A DNA stretch of 64,000 bases from the human T2T-CHM13v2.0 reference genome, Homo sapiens: assembly GCF_009914755.1 (NCBI RefSeq), contig NC_060931.1. One strand, written 5' to 3'. Below are positions 51,929-64,000 of this stretch, piece by piece. The position numbers and the translations under genes were made by a program. The notes under the pieces were generated by a model, which ran no database searches, had not been told where the DNA came from, and saw only the letters and a program-made list of their open reading frames with translations. Position 1 is the stretch's first letter, and each line of letters begins with the position of its first letter.

Positions 51929-53042
51929 GTACGACTTTCTGGAAAATTATCACGCAAACTTTGGCTTTGTTTGGGGACTGTCTCCTTTCATATAAGTAAA
52001 TCCTTCCTCAGCTGGGGACAGGCTGGCCTTCCGCAGCCCAGGTCCCAGGAATCCTCATCCTGGGATTAGGGTGGGGACAGACGTGGGGTGGCTTTGGGGA
52101 TGGGCTCCTGCTAGAGCTGGCTTTACGGCCAAAAGGCTGACTGGCTTCCTGTCCCATCGAGGGTGTGCAGAGCTGAAGTCTGTATGGAATGCCTTTTGGT
52201 TAAGCCCCAGGCTTCCCTGTGTCCTTCTTCCTCTTTCTTTAGCATCTGCTCCAGGATTGTTGTGGGAGGGGGTGGGGCAGGGGTGGTAAGGAGAGGGAGA
52301 GAAAGTTAGAATGTGGGGAGGAACTTTAATAGCATGGAACACCAGCCATAAAGCCAGATCTAAGTCATACACAATCGGGGAAATAATGGAAGACATACAT
52401 TTTTGTATTTTGTAAAATATAAGAGCAGTGAAGTTTTTCAGCTACCTCTTGCCAACCTCTTCACTGAGAATTTTTGTTTTAACAAATTAGTTTCATTTGA
52501 CCTCGGTTTGGGCACGTGTTGCCCTGTGACCCTAACTGAGGGTCTCGCATTGTTGAATGTTTTCTCTTGAAGTGTTTTTTCCTGGCCTGCCTGAAAAAGC
52601 AAAGGAGACTCCTAAGGGCTGCTTCCTGCTGAACTCAGGACACAGCCTGTTGGCTTCCACCTGGCCTGGCTATTGTGATTTGGATATGGCCCCTGCCTTA
52701 TCCACCTCCCTGCCAGCCGCCTCTCTGATATCAGTGACTCGCCCATGGGGTGCAGCCCTCCCCTGTTGGGGCCACACAGGATGCTGGAATTCTGGGGTCT
52801 CAGGCCCAGAGCTGCCGTAGGGCCACCTGAACCCTGACGACTCCAGCGGTACCGGCCAGCCTTTCACTCACATACAGGTATGGCCGTGCCTCTCAGCCCT
52901 GACTTGGAGATGCTGCTCTCTGACGCAGGGACATTCCCAAGTTGGATTTTGTAGCTACTAAAGCCAGGGAGCAGAAGCTAATTCAGGATGGGGCACTGCG
53001 TGGGGCTTGGGCCACTCATCCTGAGTGTTTGTGTCTTCTCAG

Positions 53043-53108
53043 CTTACGCTTCACAGTTTGACCTGCTATGAGGACCTGGTGACTTTTCTTCAACAAAGCA
53101 TTCATCAG
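53043..53108 (+). CDS. MINDY4: MINDY4 coding exon (about exon 12; 66 bp, phase 0 to 0)
   Basis: tcttctcag|CTT ... CAG|gtatga; LTLHSLTCYEDLVTFLQQSIHQ. Confidence 0.93.
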
Positions 53109-56100
53109 GTATGAAGCATGCCTTACTCCTGTGGGATGTGCGTCACTAAGCCTTCTGATTTCACTGTGGGAACAATGCTGTGAACTGGAGTTGTTCTCCT
53201 GTCGTCCCACCCTGGGATGGCGAGGAAGCTGGGAAGGAGTAATGCTGGCCCCTGGTTGGGGGCTGAGGAGAATGGACTTGGGGTGAGGGATCTGGCTCCT
53301 GCCATTGCATCCTCAAGAGCTGGTCCTGGAGGCAGGGCACAGGTAGCAGCCACAGCCAGGACTACTGACAGCAGAGCTGGACGGGTGGGGTCAGGACACA
53401 GGAAGCAGCTGTTAGATGGAGGTCACCAGAGCTTTCTCTCTGTCTGAGTGGAAGCAGCCGCCACTGGAATACAGGAGCTCTTTGTCAGTGGAGTGGGTCC
53501 TGGGACCAGCTGGTGAGGTAACCAGAAAGCGGCTTCTTGGGTGGGTTGGAGGGCTTAGCAGTGTGATACACACCTTGATTAGTATCCCTGGGGTGGCAGG
53601 GCTGCTCTGGGTGGGGGCTCTGGAGCCCCCCCGCCTGCCAGAGGAGAGCTGTACATCCACTCCTGGCCATGAGCTGGGCGGGACGTGGCCAGGGCCAGAC
53701 AGCAGCAGATCACAGGGCTCCGGGAAGTCATGGCAGAGCTGTGGTATCACAGACTCTGTGGGGAGGGGCTACACACTCCAGGGGTAAAGAACACGGTCTC
53801 TGGAGCCAGTTGGCCTGACTTTGAATCTAGATTCACCCTTCAGTAGCTCCCTGACCTCAGGCAACTTTCTGAATCCTTCTGTACCTCACTTTCCTCATTT
53901 GTAAAATGTGGGTCAGAAGAACAGTGCCTGCCTCAGAGCATCGCGCAGAGAGCCTAGGGCAGCTGGGCTGTGCTTGATGTTCTCAGTAGTTGTTAGCTTC
54001 TGTTGTTGACATTAGGATTGCCATTGTAATGATGCTCTAAGGGCAGCCTTGAGATGGGTTCCTTGTAGACATGTAGAAATGAGAGGGAAGCATTACAGAA
54101 GGCAGGTGTGGCCTGAACTAAGGCCAGCAGACCCGCGACCTCTGAGACCCCCACTACGAAGCAGAGGAAGAACACAGACCTTTCTCTCCTGGTGTGCTGG
54201 CTGGTCCCTGAGCCTCACCTTGCCTTCCCTTTGACCTTCTGGATGTGGGATCCATTCTTTTTGGCCCCACAGAAGGCACTGGAGGGTTTGGTGGTAAGCC
54301 GGAGAGTGGGAGAACTTGCTGGAAATGGGACCAGGACTAAAGCTCCTGCTGTCAGACTGCCTTCCGCAGAACTTTCCCAAAGACCCTGAAGGCCTGGGCA
54401 CAGCCCTGGGAAATGATCAGGCCCTGGCAGCACCAGATGTCCCTTGGGTAGGCAATGGGGCCTACCCTAGGAACAAAAGGAGGCAGGTGAGGTCACCGGA
54501 GGGGCAATCCACCTGAAGTGCTTTCACCCCTCAGCCTGGGGAGAGGCCTCAGGGCCTGTCCCAAAAGCATGGATTAGGATGGCTCCCTTTCTACGTGGGT
54601 TGCTCTGTCCAGGCGCATGGGAGAAGGAGTGCTGGCCGGGGCATCGGGAGCCCCAGGCTGTCTGTCCTTTGCTGCCTGTCCCCAGCTCTGGTTTTTCACT
54701 GGAGTCACTCAGTAGGCCAACTGCTGATGCGGTGCATCCACCGCCTGGCCTGGGCAGAGGAGGCCTGGAGCAGGGGCCTGGGGGCCCCCTTTGGCTTATT
54801 CCTTAGTCATATGTAGCCTTGGGAAAGTCACTGGGTCTCAGTTTCCTCATCTGGAAAATGGAAGATGGAGCAGTTATCAGGTAGCTTCCAGCTCTTCATC
54901 ATCTAAGGGTGGTCCTCAAAGAAGAACCTTAAACACTTGGAGAAGGGTGTCTTCCAAATGCAGTACTAGGCAGTCTGAAGGAGCAGAAAGGAGACCTGCT
55001 GTTGATCCGGAGTGTTGTGAGAGTGCAGCAGTCACAGGAGAGGCGAGCAGAGCCTGATGGCATCCGTGTGTGGGATCTGGCCAGGGTGGCCAGGAATGGG
55101 ATCACCTGGTCACACTCCCAGCTGAAGCAGAACGTGGAGCCACCAGAGCCAGGAAAAGGAAGTGACTGGTGAGGCTTCAGGGGCTAAGGTGGAGCCTGAG
55201 GGTGATTGCTCAAATGACCACAGATCCTGAGGCTTGTAGCTGCCCACTGATGGACTGGGGTGGCCCCTCAGCACCAGGACCTCTGCATCCTTGTCTATGA
55301 GATGGAGCCTCCCCCTCAGCCTGTACCCCAGGGCTTTGATGAAGCCTAACCAAGACAGGGACTGTGGAAGGGGTTCAGAGAGTGGGATTTGTTCCAGGGC
55401 GAGGGGGCCTCCTTTCAGTGATGCCTCTGGACTCAAAGCAGTCGCCTCCTCGCCTGGCTTTGGTCCTTGGTACAGGCGGTCAATATTCGGCCCTCCTCAC
55501 TCTGGAAGGCAGCTCTCCCCCTGCAGTTTAATTCATGTTTTTGCTGGAAGCAGTTGAGCTGCCTCAGCACTGCCCTCACCAAATTCATTTTTCATGGCCT
55601 GGGCCTAAGAGGGGTTCCTCGTGCCAGGCCTGGAAATGTATACCAAGCCATCTTTGCCCAAAATCAATAGCCTCCTTGCTGTGTTTTCATTACTGCTCAC
55701 CCTCTGGGCAAGGTGTCTGGCAGGCTCCTGGCCAGCTGGAGGATGCCCCCACCTCTGCCTCCCATTGGAGTTCCTTGGTAGACTCAGGTCTCTGTGGAGT
55801 GCAGAGTAGCACTGGAAGAATAGCCCCTTCTTCCCAAGTGGCACCACTTTCTAGACCCTGATGGCAGTTTTCAGGCCAGTTGCCTTGCCTGACCTCGCCT
55901 TTCAATGCAGGCGTGTTGCCCTGTGGCCTCCCATGTCTTGGCAGCTTGAATTTGATGAGATAATTGTAATAAAAGTTTTAAAAAACAAAATGGAATATTG
56001 GTGCCATTTAGTGTGTTCCAGCAAGGGCAAGAAGCCTCAAGCAGGGTTCTTCCCCACCCACTGCAGAGAGGCATGTCCAGGGCTCAAGGGGTCCCCTTGA

Positions 56101-56997
56101 GGGTGTTCCTAGGACTGGGGGCAACGCTGGCATAAATGTAATAATAGTTCCCCAAATTTACACAGAGTTGGGGTTTACAGTGGGTTTCTGTGTCTGTTAC
56201 TTCACTGCAGGTAGGTAGGCGTTACAGGCATTGGCGGAAGGGGAAACAGACCACAGACCAAGAAAGTACTGCAGCTGCCCCAGGACTGCATGTATGTCCA
56301 TGGCAGAAGTAGGCAAGAGTTCTAGAAGGAGAAACTGAGACCAAGAACACTTTGTGACTGTCCAAGGGGAGATGGAAATTTGTGGCAGATTAGGTAGGCT
56401 TTCTATGGAAAGGGACACCGAGACCAAGAGCTTCGTGACTTCCCTAGGCAGCATGCAGAGCTGGTACAAGGGACTGGTGACCCAAGTCCTCCTGAGCCTG
56501 TGTCCCCCTGTGCAGGGGGAGACATCAGCATTACTCTTTGCCATTGTCAGAGCACTTCCACAGACATTGTCTCAAGAATGTGCACCATAAGCCAAGGAAA
56601 TAGGCCAGGTGGGTCTTCATTATTCTTATTTTGCAAAGAGGAAACTGAGGGCAGCATAAATGAAGTGGCTGGCCTGAGATCACAGAATGAAGACGAGGTT
56701 GATTTAACATTGTTGTTGATTCATTCATTCCATTCCTACTTCCAAAAAAAGACTGGAAGTTGCTTTGAAAAGTAAATGATGTCCTCAGGGCTCTGCTGTG
56801 CCCCCGCATAGTCAGCTTGCCCTCTCTTGCCTGTGGACCTTTGCACGTGCTTCTCCTTTTGGAGCGACGTTCACTTTTCTGATTCCTTACTGTCCCTTAG
56901 GTTTCTGTTCAGACATCGCTTTCTCCAAAAACCCTTCCTTGATACTCCCTCCCCGAACTTGAAGTCTGTGTTGAAGGCCCTTCCTGTGTGTTTTTGA

Positions 56998-57396
<399 letters not shown>

Positions 57397-57929
57397 ATAT
57401 CCACCTTGTTAACAAGTACAGCCTTAGCCAGGAGCATCCTCTTGGCACAGAAATTTCACCAATACAATCTTTTTAAAAAGACTAATTGACCAAGTGAATT
57501 CCTGGATGACAATAAAGAGTATATTTTGAGGAAAAGAAAAGGTAATTTTATCAGAAGCTTGAGCTGCAATAGTTACCATAGTAGAGCACCATATTTGGCT
57601 CTGAGCTTCCTGGCAGCCAAGGCAAAAATGTAAACATGGTAAGTTTTATAATTTTCATTGTCTGTTCCAGGAGAAACAAGTTGGGATTTTTTTTTTCTAA
57701 TTTTAAGTCCAAAATGTGATTACACATAAGGAACACTGACTATTATAACAGGCGGTGTCTTCAGTCACAGTTCATGGTTTCCAAAGTGGAATGAGTGAGG
57801 CCTTCACACTGACTTGAAGGTGGGGATGGTGTTTCTCCGGGGAGCAGAAGTGACATGGCCGATCCCAGTAGGCTGTGGCCCACTGGGCTTACTGGACAGA
57901 TGGGCAGGGCAGAGCCAGCTTTGTTTTAA

Positions 57930-58130
57930 CAGCTAACACAGGTGCCAGGCCCTGTTTGAAATGCTTTATAAGGATTAACTCACGTAATTTTCACAACTTG
58001 ATAAGGGTAGGTGCTGTGATTATTACCCTCTTTTTACAGATGAGAAGACTGAGGATAGAGGAGTCCAGGAGTGTTTCCATGGTCACATAGCAAGGAGTGG
58101 CAGAGCGAGGATTTAAATTAGGCGGTCAGG
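57930..58130. mobile_element. MIR
   Basis: gtgccaggccctgt...ttttacagatgagaagactgagg...ggtcacatagc. Confidence 0.7.
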
Positions 58131-58152
58131 CCCCGGGACACCAGCTCCAAAC

Positions 58153-58376
58153 CAGAGTTGGGAGGAGGACTCACTTTGGATGCAAAATCTAAGGGGGTGC
58201 CAAAAATCTCAGAAATTAGCAAAACCTATCTTTTTTAAAAATCAGAGTTTATCAGAAAAATCCACAATGAACAAAATACCAAAATGTTGATGTTTTAAAA
58301 ATATATATATATATATATAAATTTAAGACATGCATCTACATGGCTGCCTCCTTCGCCTCACCAGATCCTGACTCTG
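58153..58376. mobile_element. hAT-Tip100 element (MER96B-like) with internal (TA)n
   Basis: gcaaaatctaagggggtgccaaaaatctcag...tccacaatgaacaaaatacc...cgcctcacc. Confidence 0.55.
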
Positions 58377-58904
58377 CTCCAAACCTGCTCTCTGCTGCTC
58401 TTAGCACAGCACAGTTCTTCTGAGTAAGGGATCTGGAATTAGAGATCCCTGGAGTCCCAGTGTGCTGCTGACAAGCTGTGTGGCCTTGAACTGGTCACTC
58501 AGTTTCTGAGCCTCAGTTCCACATATGCTAGAGGGCAGTAATCATAGTACTGTCCCCCAGGACTGTTAGAGTGTTCGGGGTGATAATGCCCATTAGATGC
58601 TTGCACCATAATGGAGCTGGCCATGACTGTTGCTGTCTTGTGAGTTTTGAGGACTCTGAGGTCACTGATGCTCTCTTTGGTGGCCCCTGCATCACCCTCG
58701 CTCTGCTGTCATTGTCATTCAGGTTGTTGCAATGTCCCATCCTTTAGGAGGTCAGCCTTCGGGCCACCCAGCAACCCCAGGGCTGGGCTGGAGGCAGTTG
58801 GCTCAGGGCAGGCTGCTCCCTGGGGTGTGGCTCCCACAGAGGTGTGGGGCTGGGAAGAGGGAGGTGCAAATGGGATGGAGCTCATTTTTCTCTCCCCCTC
58901 CCAG

Positions 58905-58972
58905 TTTGAAGTGGGCCCCTATGGCTGCATCCTGCTCACCCTTTCTGCCATCCTGTCCAGGTCTACAGAGCT
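58905..58972 (+). CDS. MINDY4: MINDY4 coding exon (about exon 13; 68 bp, phase 0 to 2); gene continues beyond the window
   Basis: ctcccag|TTT ... CT|gtgagt; [22 protein letters not shown](L). Confidence 0.94.
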
Positions 58973-60582
58973 GTGAGTATCTTTCTCCCTCAACTCCCTG
59001 GGGCTGGGCTGGTCTGTCTTGTTCACTGCTGCCTCGCTAGAGCCCAGGATGGTGCTTGGCACATGTTGAGGGCTCTGTGAGTATTGTGGAAAGGATGAAT
59101 GAAGCAGTGGAGTAGGGGAAGGTCTGCTGGTGGAGGAGAGAAAGTAGTGGCATTCTACATATACACGTGTCCAGGGCTACCATGTGTGTGGTGGACAACC
59201 TGAAAGACACGCCACCAGCCCTTGAGGAGCTTGCCTGGAACTGCAGTGCATGCACACTTGAGCACTCAGGGGGATGCCCCTGGCACTTGTGCAGGGGATG
59301 GACAATTGAGGCTGAGACCCAGGAGATGGCTGAGGGCCCTCTAGAGCTCGGGACAGGAAGGCCTCGCTGTAGACCAAGGCAGCCCTGCAGTCGCGTGGAC
59401 AAGGCTGGCATCCTGGGTGGTGAATGGGCGGTGGCCAGGAGGCCCTGGAGGCAGGGAGAGGTGGCAGGGCGGCTTGTCCTAATCTCCCCTGCCTGACCCC
59501 TTTTGGCAGGGTCTCTATGCTGACTCTGTATCAGGTGGAACATGGTCCCCAGCCTGCTCCACAGCCGGAGTTTCCCCATGAAGCTCATTTGCTAGGAGCT
59601 TTTTAGGCCTCTTTGTCTGTATTTGTCACCTGGGCATGTCACCAGGAAGTGTAGCAGATTAATAGCGCATGAACGGTTGTGGAAAGTACAGTCAATTGCC
59701 CCATTCACTTTCAAGCAGAGGACAGAGCCCTGGGGGCCTGGAGTCCTGGGAGAGTGAATCTTACTTTGAGGGATGCAGGTGGGGTAGGACTTGGGAACAG
59801 CTCTCAGCAGGTGGGCCCTGGGAAGTGGGGAGGCAGGGTGAGTAGCCTTGTGGTGCCCAGGGGCGGGAGGTCACAGCAGGAGACACTTCTTTCCCGGCCT
59901 GGTTGGGTCTGGTCGGCGCCCTCCCTGTTTCCAGGGGCCTCTGCTGTGGATTCGGGGGAGGACAGTGGGGGCTCTGTGGCCTCGTGCGCCAGGCTGCCTG
60001 CTGCTTGCTGCTTCTGACCTTATTAAATGCGTGTGAGTACACAGCGCTTTCCAACTTCTAATCCTGCCATAATGATATGATTCATTCCTGGCGTGGACTC
60101 ACGTGCATGGAGACCATAAGCTGCACCACCTTCTCCCCAGGACTGGGTTTGCTCCTGGTTTGGCTCATTTCTGGGCTGACGGGTTGGGTGGGAGTCTCCA
60201 GATCTCCCTGAGGGGAAGCTGCACTCTCAGGAGGGCCAGGCTCAATGATGCCAGTCTCAGCGCCCCCATCCATGCGGGGGCCCTCTGGCTCTGGGAGTCT
60301 AGGGCTCTGTGCTCGAGTGTGTCAGTTCTGGTGGTCACTGGGAGTGGGCGCCTTGTTACATGCATGCTCCTGCATGTAGCCCTGTCCCTCTGAAAGGGGC
60401 TTCAGGGTTCCATGCCCAGGCCAGTCTTCATGTTGTGCACAGCTGGGGGACTAGGGCTGCTTCTTCCCCCTCCCTACCCTTTCCAATCAAGCTGGGCACC
60501 TGTGGGGAATTAGTGTGGGGAATGCTGCCCTGCTGGACCTTCACAGCCTCATGCTTATGGGCCTGAAGTCACACCCCTGCCA

Positions 60583-60710
60583 ACACACATACACAAAGAC
60601 AAACATGGATACACACAGATATACAGATGCACATACGTGGCCACACACAGAGACACACACACACAGACACACGAAAACTCACAAAGACATGGACACACAC
60701 AGAGACACAT
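60583..60710 (+). repeat. Degenerate (CA)n-rich tract
   Basis: acacacatacacaaagac...acacacacagacacac. Confidence 0.8.
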
Positions 60711-62976
60711 AGTCCAGCTGTTCTTCCAGGACATCTGAGGCCCTTCCCTGGGTCCTGCAGGCAGATGGTCAAGGCCCCTGGGGCAGTACAGGCCTCTGCC
60801 TCCCAGAGGGCCCAAATAGAGCCCTGCTATGGTGTTCGGGCCAGGCAGGCAGGCATGGATTGGGCTTTGTCTTACACTGTGGCCTCCCCTTCCCCTCTCC
60901 TAAGACGACAGTGTGTAGGCAGGTCTCATTGCCAGCGGTAAGGATAGCGTCTGTGAAGCTTCCCATGTGCCAGGCCCCTTGCCTTAACATTCTGCACATG
61001 AACGCATCGAGTCCACAGCAGCCCTGTTAGGTGGGTGCTGCTGTGAGTGCTGTCACCATCCCTGTTTTTCAGAGGAGGAAGCAAGGCTGAGGGAGGTGAG
61101 TAGGCTTCAAGATTATACAGCAAGTAAAACTGGTGGCCTTGGGCCCCACCCAGGCCATCTGGCCCTAGAGCTGGCTTTTTGGGTTTGCTGTTTGAAAACC
61201 TGAACTTTGGAAAAAGTTGGTTGGTTTTAGGCCTGACTCTCTACTCCTCTGAATAGAGCTGGAGTTTCTTCCTCTAAAGTGGGAGTGGGAATTCCTGCCT
61301 CATAAGATGTAGCTGTGCTTAGCACAGCTCCTGGTGGGTACAAGCCGGGAATAATGGCCACGGCTGGTCCAACCGTATCCCAGGAGCTCAGATGGCTCTG
61401 TGTGTCTTCTTGTGTTTCCTTGCCTGCAGCCTTGGCCTGGGGCCCTGTGGTGGAGGCCGTGCTGCCATCTCAGTAGGCACAGCCACAGGGATGTCCGGCA
61501 ATTCCTGATGGGGCTTCTGTGGTGACACTCACCCTTGGCAGGCATGTCCAGAGCAACCGAGAGCATCTTGTGCTGAGTGCCACTGGGGGTGTGAGGAGGG
61601 ACCATGGGACCAAGCCCCGCCCAGGGGCATGCAGTTCAGAGGTGTACTTGAGAAGACACCCAGCTCTCTCTGATTTGTTCAAGTTCAAAAGAACTTTAGT
61701 TAAGCTTGTAGTTAAACTGAGGGCTTCAAGTGAGGAACAGGGCAGGCCTTGGGCAGCCTGTGCTGCCTGGGGGCTCCTCCAGTGCTCCCTCCTGACTGTT
61801 GCATGCTTCCCCCGAGGGCCTGCAGGAGATGTGGGCATCTGAGTGGAGCTAACCCTCCTACCCCACCTGGAGCCCAGGGGAGACTCCTGAAGAGGAAAGA
61901 CGGGAATGCCAGCAAGGATGGGAATAGCCCGGGCAGTCGTGGCACTGCCCAGATCCCATGAGACAGCCACACTGAAATTATTTCAGATAATGTGCTAGCA
62001 TTCCTGCATGTGGGAGTGCGCCCGTGAATAAGCCATTCTCTGGCCTTCCAGAGAGTAGTCCCCAGAACAGCCTGCTCCTCTCACGTGCCAGGCACACTGC
62101 ACTCCAGCGGCGCTCCCTGCATCCCGGCACCTCCAGCCTTGGCTCTCTGAGGGATACCAGGCTCTGCTGAAGGTTTGCGGTGATTCGCAGGGCAATGATA
62201 ACAGTTCTGGGGCTGGAATCCCACCTCTGCCTGCTGCCTCCGGGGCTAGCCGCTGGCAAAGGCCTTTCTCTACAGACATTTGGACACTTGGGTGCAAATG
62301 TCACCCACCTCAGGCTCCATTAGGTTTGTCCAGGGAAGCCCAGTGAGGTGGCAAGTCACAGGAAAGCACTCACTTCTTGACCACAAGAAAAGCACCAGGA
62401 TACCTAGGTCCTCAGCGCAGCTCAGTCACCCACAGCCGTGTGGCTAACCCAGCCTGTGCCTTAGGTTCTTTATCTAACAGGAGGGGTTAGTCTGGTGCTT
62501 TTTTAAACTATGTTTGTAATGAAAACAAAATCTGATTTTTTTTACCCAAATAAGCTTTATTTTCAAGCTCACTGTGTGAAGCAGATGCAGCGGAATGACT
62601 TTGATTAGAGCGGCAGAGGTGGGAGGGAGAGGCCCCTGCTGCCCCCCTCCCCAGCCTGCCAATCCAGCACCAACCCCTGCTCTCCAGCCACTGTCCCTGA
62701 GACCCCCCTTTGGAGAAGCCCCAGCTCTGCATACACAGCTTAAAAACCTCGGGACCAGATGATCGCCGAGGGCCTTCCTGTTCTGGGGTTCACATTCAGC
62801 TTTGCCAAAGAATCCTCTGATGCCATTTCAGGGCAATCTGTTACCACTTTGGGCAATTGAAAACATGTCCTGGTAGCAAAAAGAGACAGCTGAGTCTCCA
62901 GGACCAACTGCAGTTCAGCTGGAGAGAAGCAGAGTGGTGGGCTGGGAAAACCCAGCCAGTTCTTTACAAATACAGC

Positions 62977-63142
62977 ATGTGTATGTGTACATTCGTGGTG
63001 GTGTGATAGTGTGTGTGCGGATGGGAGAGATTGGTGACACTGTATGGCCGGGTGTGAGATGACATGGGTGTTGGTGGTTGTGTTGGAGATTGTGTGAAGG
63101 GTGACTTGATTGTGTACATGTGCATGTGATTGTGATGTGTGA
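62977..63142 (+). repeat. Degenerate (TG)n-rich low-complexity tract
   Basis: atgtgtatgtgtac...gtgatgtgtgatg. Confidence 0.7.
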
Positions 63143-64000
63143 TGGAGAGGGCATAGTCGTTCCTCCCTCCTGGTGAGGGTTCTCTGACTCATGCCTGGGC
63201 ACTGGAGGCTTCTCTTCTTTGGCCCTTGCACCAAAGTCAGTGCCTCCTGTCTGTTGGCCATTCCTAACCCAGACCAGAGCCAGGGTGAGGACATCATGGA
63301 CAGATGTAAACCTAGCCGAGTGCTGCCGACCACTGCCTGCCTGGCCACTTCATTGTCAGAGGCCCCAAGAAGAGTCGAGAAACAGACCTTTGAGGTTTGT
63401 TTATCCCAGGCTGTGCAAAGCCTTGTGAAGGTTTTTTTTCCACTTGATTTCAAGCCGTTTATTTTCTTTTCTAAGATCTCGAATTGCTTCCGGTAAATCT
63501 CATGCAGGATTTCATGCTTGCCAAGCTTTGCTGCTTTTCAAACCACATGGCTAGAACTTTCCCCAGGGAGCTCTCACAAGCCCCAAGGATGCTCAGGGTC
63601 CTGGGGTCAGGACCAGCTCTGAACCAGACCTGGGCAGCACTGAGCATGGGCTGCTCTGGTGCCTCAGTGGAGCACAGACCTGGCCAGGTCATTGAGGCCC
63701 TGAGAAGGTCCAGTGGGGGTGAAAACCTTTTCATGCAGTAGATTCTTGGCCTTCATTACAGCAGCAAGTTCAGCTGCCCAAAGGCAGTCTTGAAAGTCCG
63801 GAAGAGGTGGTAGCTTCTCATTTGCTGAAACAGTTTTAGAACAGCACAAGCTAGGTGCTGAGGGTGAGGGATGACGCTGGGCAGGACCCACGCCATGTCA
63901 CTCTGTGGCTCTTTGTAACTCTCCTCAAGAGATTAAAAGCAATGGCAGCAACAAAATAGTTGATTCCTTTGTGCAAATAGTCCTGAAACAAAAGCCAACT

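Noticed and set aside
62740-63453. 237-aa ORF on -
   Set aside because: His/Thr richness comes from the TG-rich tract; no true ATG start
58973-64000. Further MINDY4 exons
   Set aside because: No segment with splice sites continuing the frame after STEL was found; the next exon is presumably beyond the window

Overview
Human genomic DNA (it carries an AluYa5 with all five diagnostic bases) lying entirely inside the + strand gene MINDY4/FAM188B, a MINDY-family Lys48 deubiquitinase. Eight coding exons were traced by hand (28328-58972, about exons 6-13 by recollection). They join in one open frame of about 224 codons and include the Gln-x5-Cys catalytic motif (VQNK|GGPC), which is split by a non-canonical GC-AG intron. 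The first 28 kb is one large intron. It holds a sense-oriented, two-LTR HERV-E/Harlequin (LTR2) provirus with a tRNA-Glu PBS and a nested Alu, plus nested antisense L1s. Elsewhere are a full-length THE1A, solo MaLR LTRs, hAT MITEs, MIR/L2 relics and two very young Alus. The most interesting signal is in the provirus leader: an ATG followed by a strong splice donor in exactly the right phase to join the first MINDY4 exon here. This predicts an LTR-driven, N-terminally truncated MINDY4 that keeps the catalytic domain (untested inference). Other candidates are a 16-nt poison microexon, a (TG)n-flanked cryptic acceptor and a templated insertion at a proviral deletion junction. Almost all ORFs in the supplied track are spurious.
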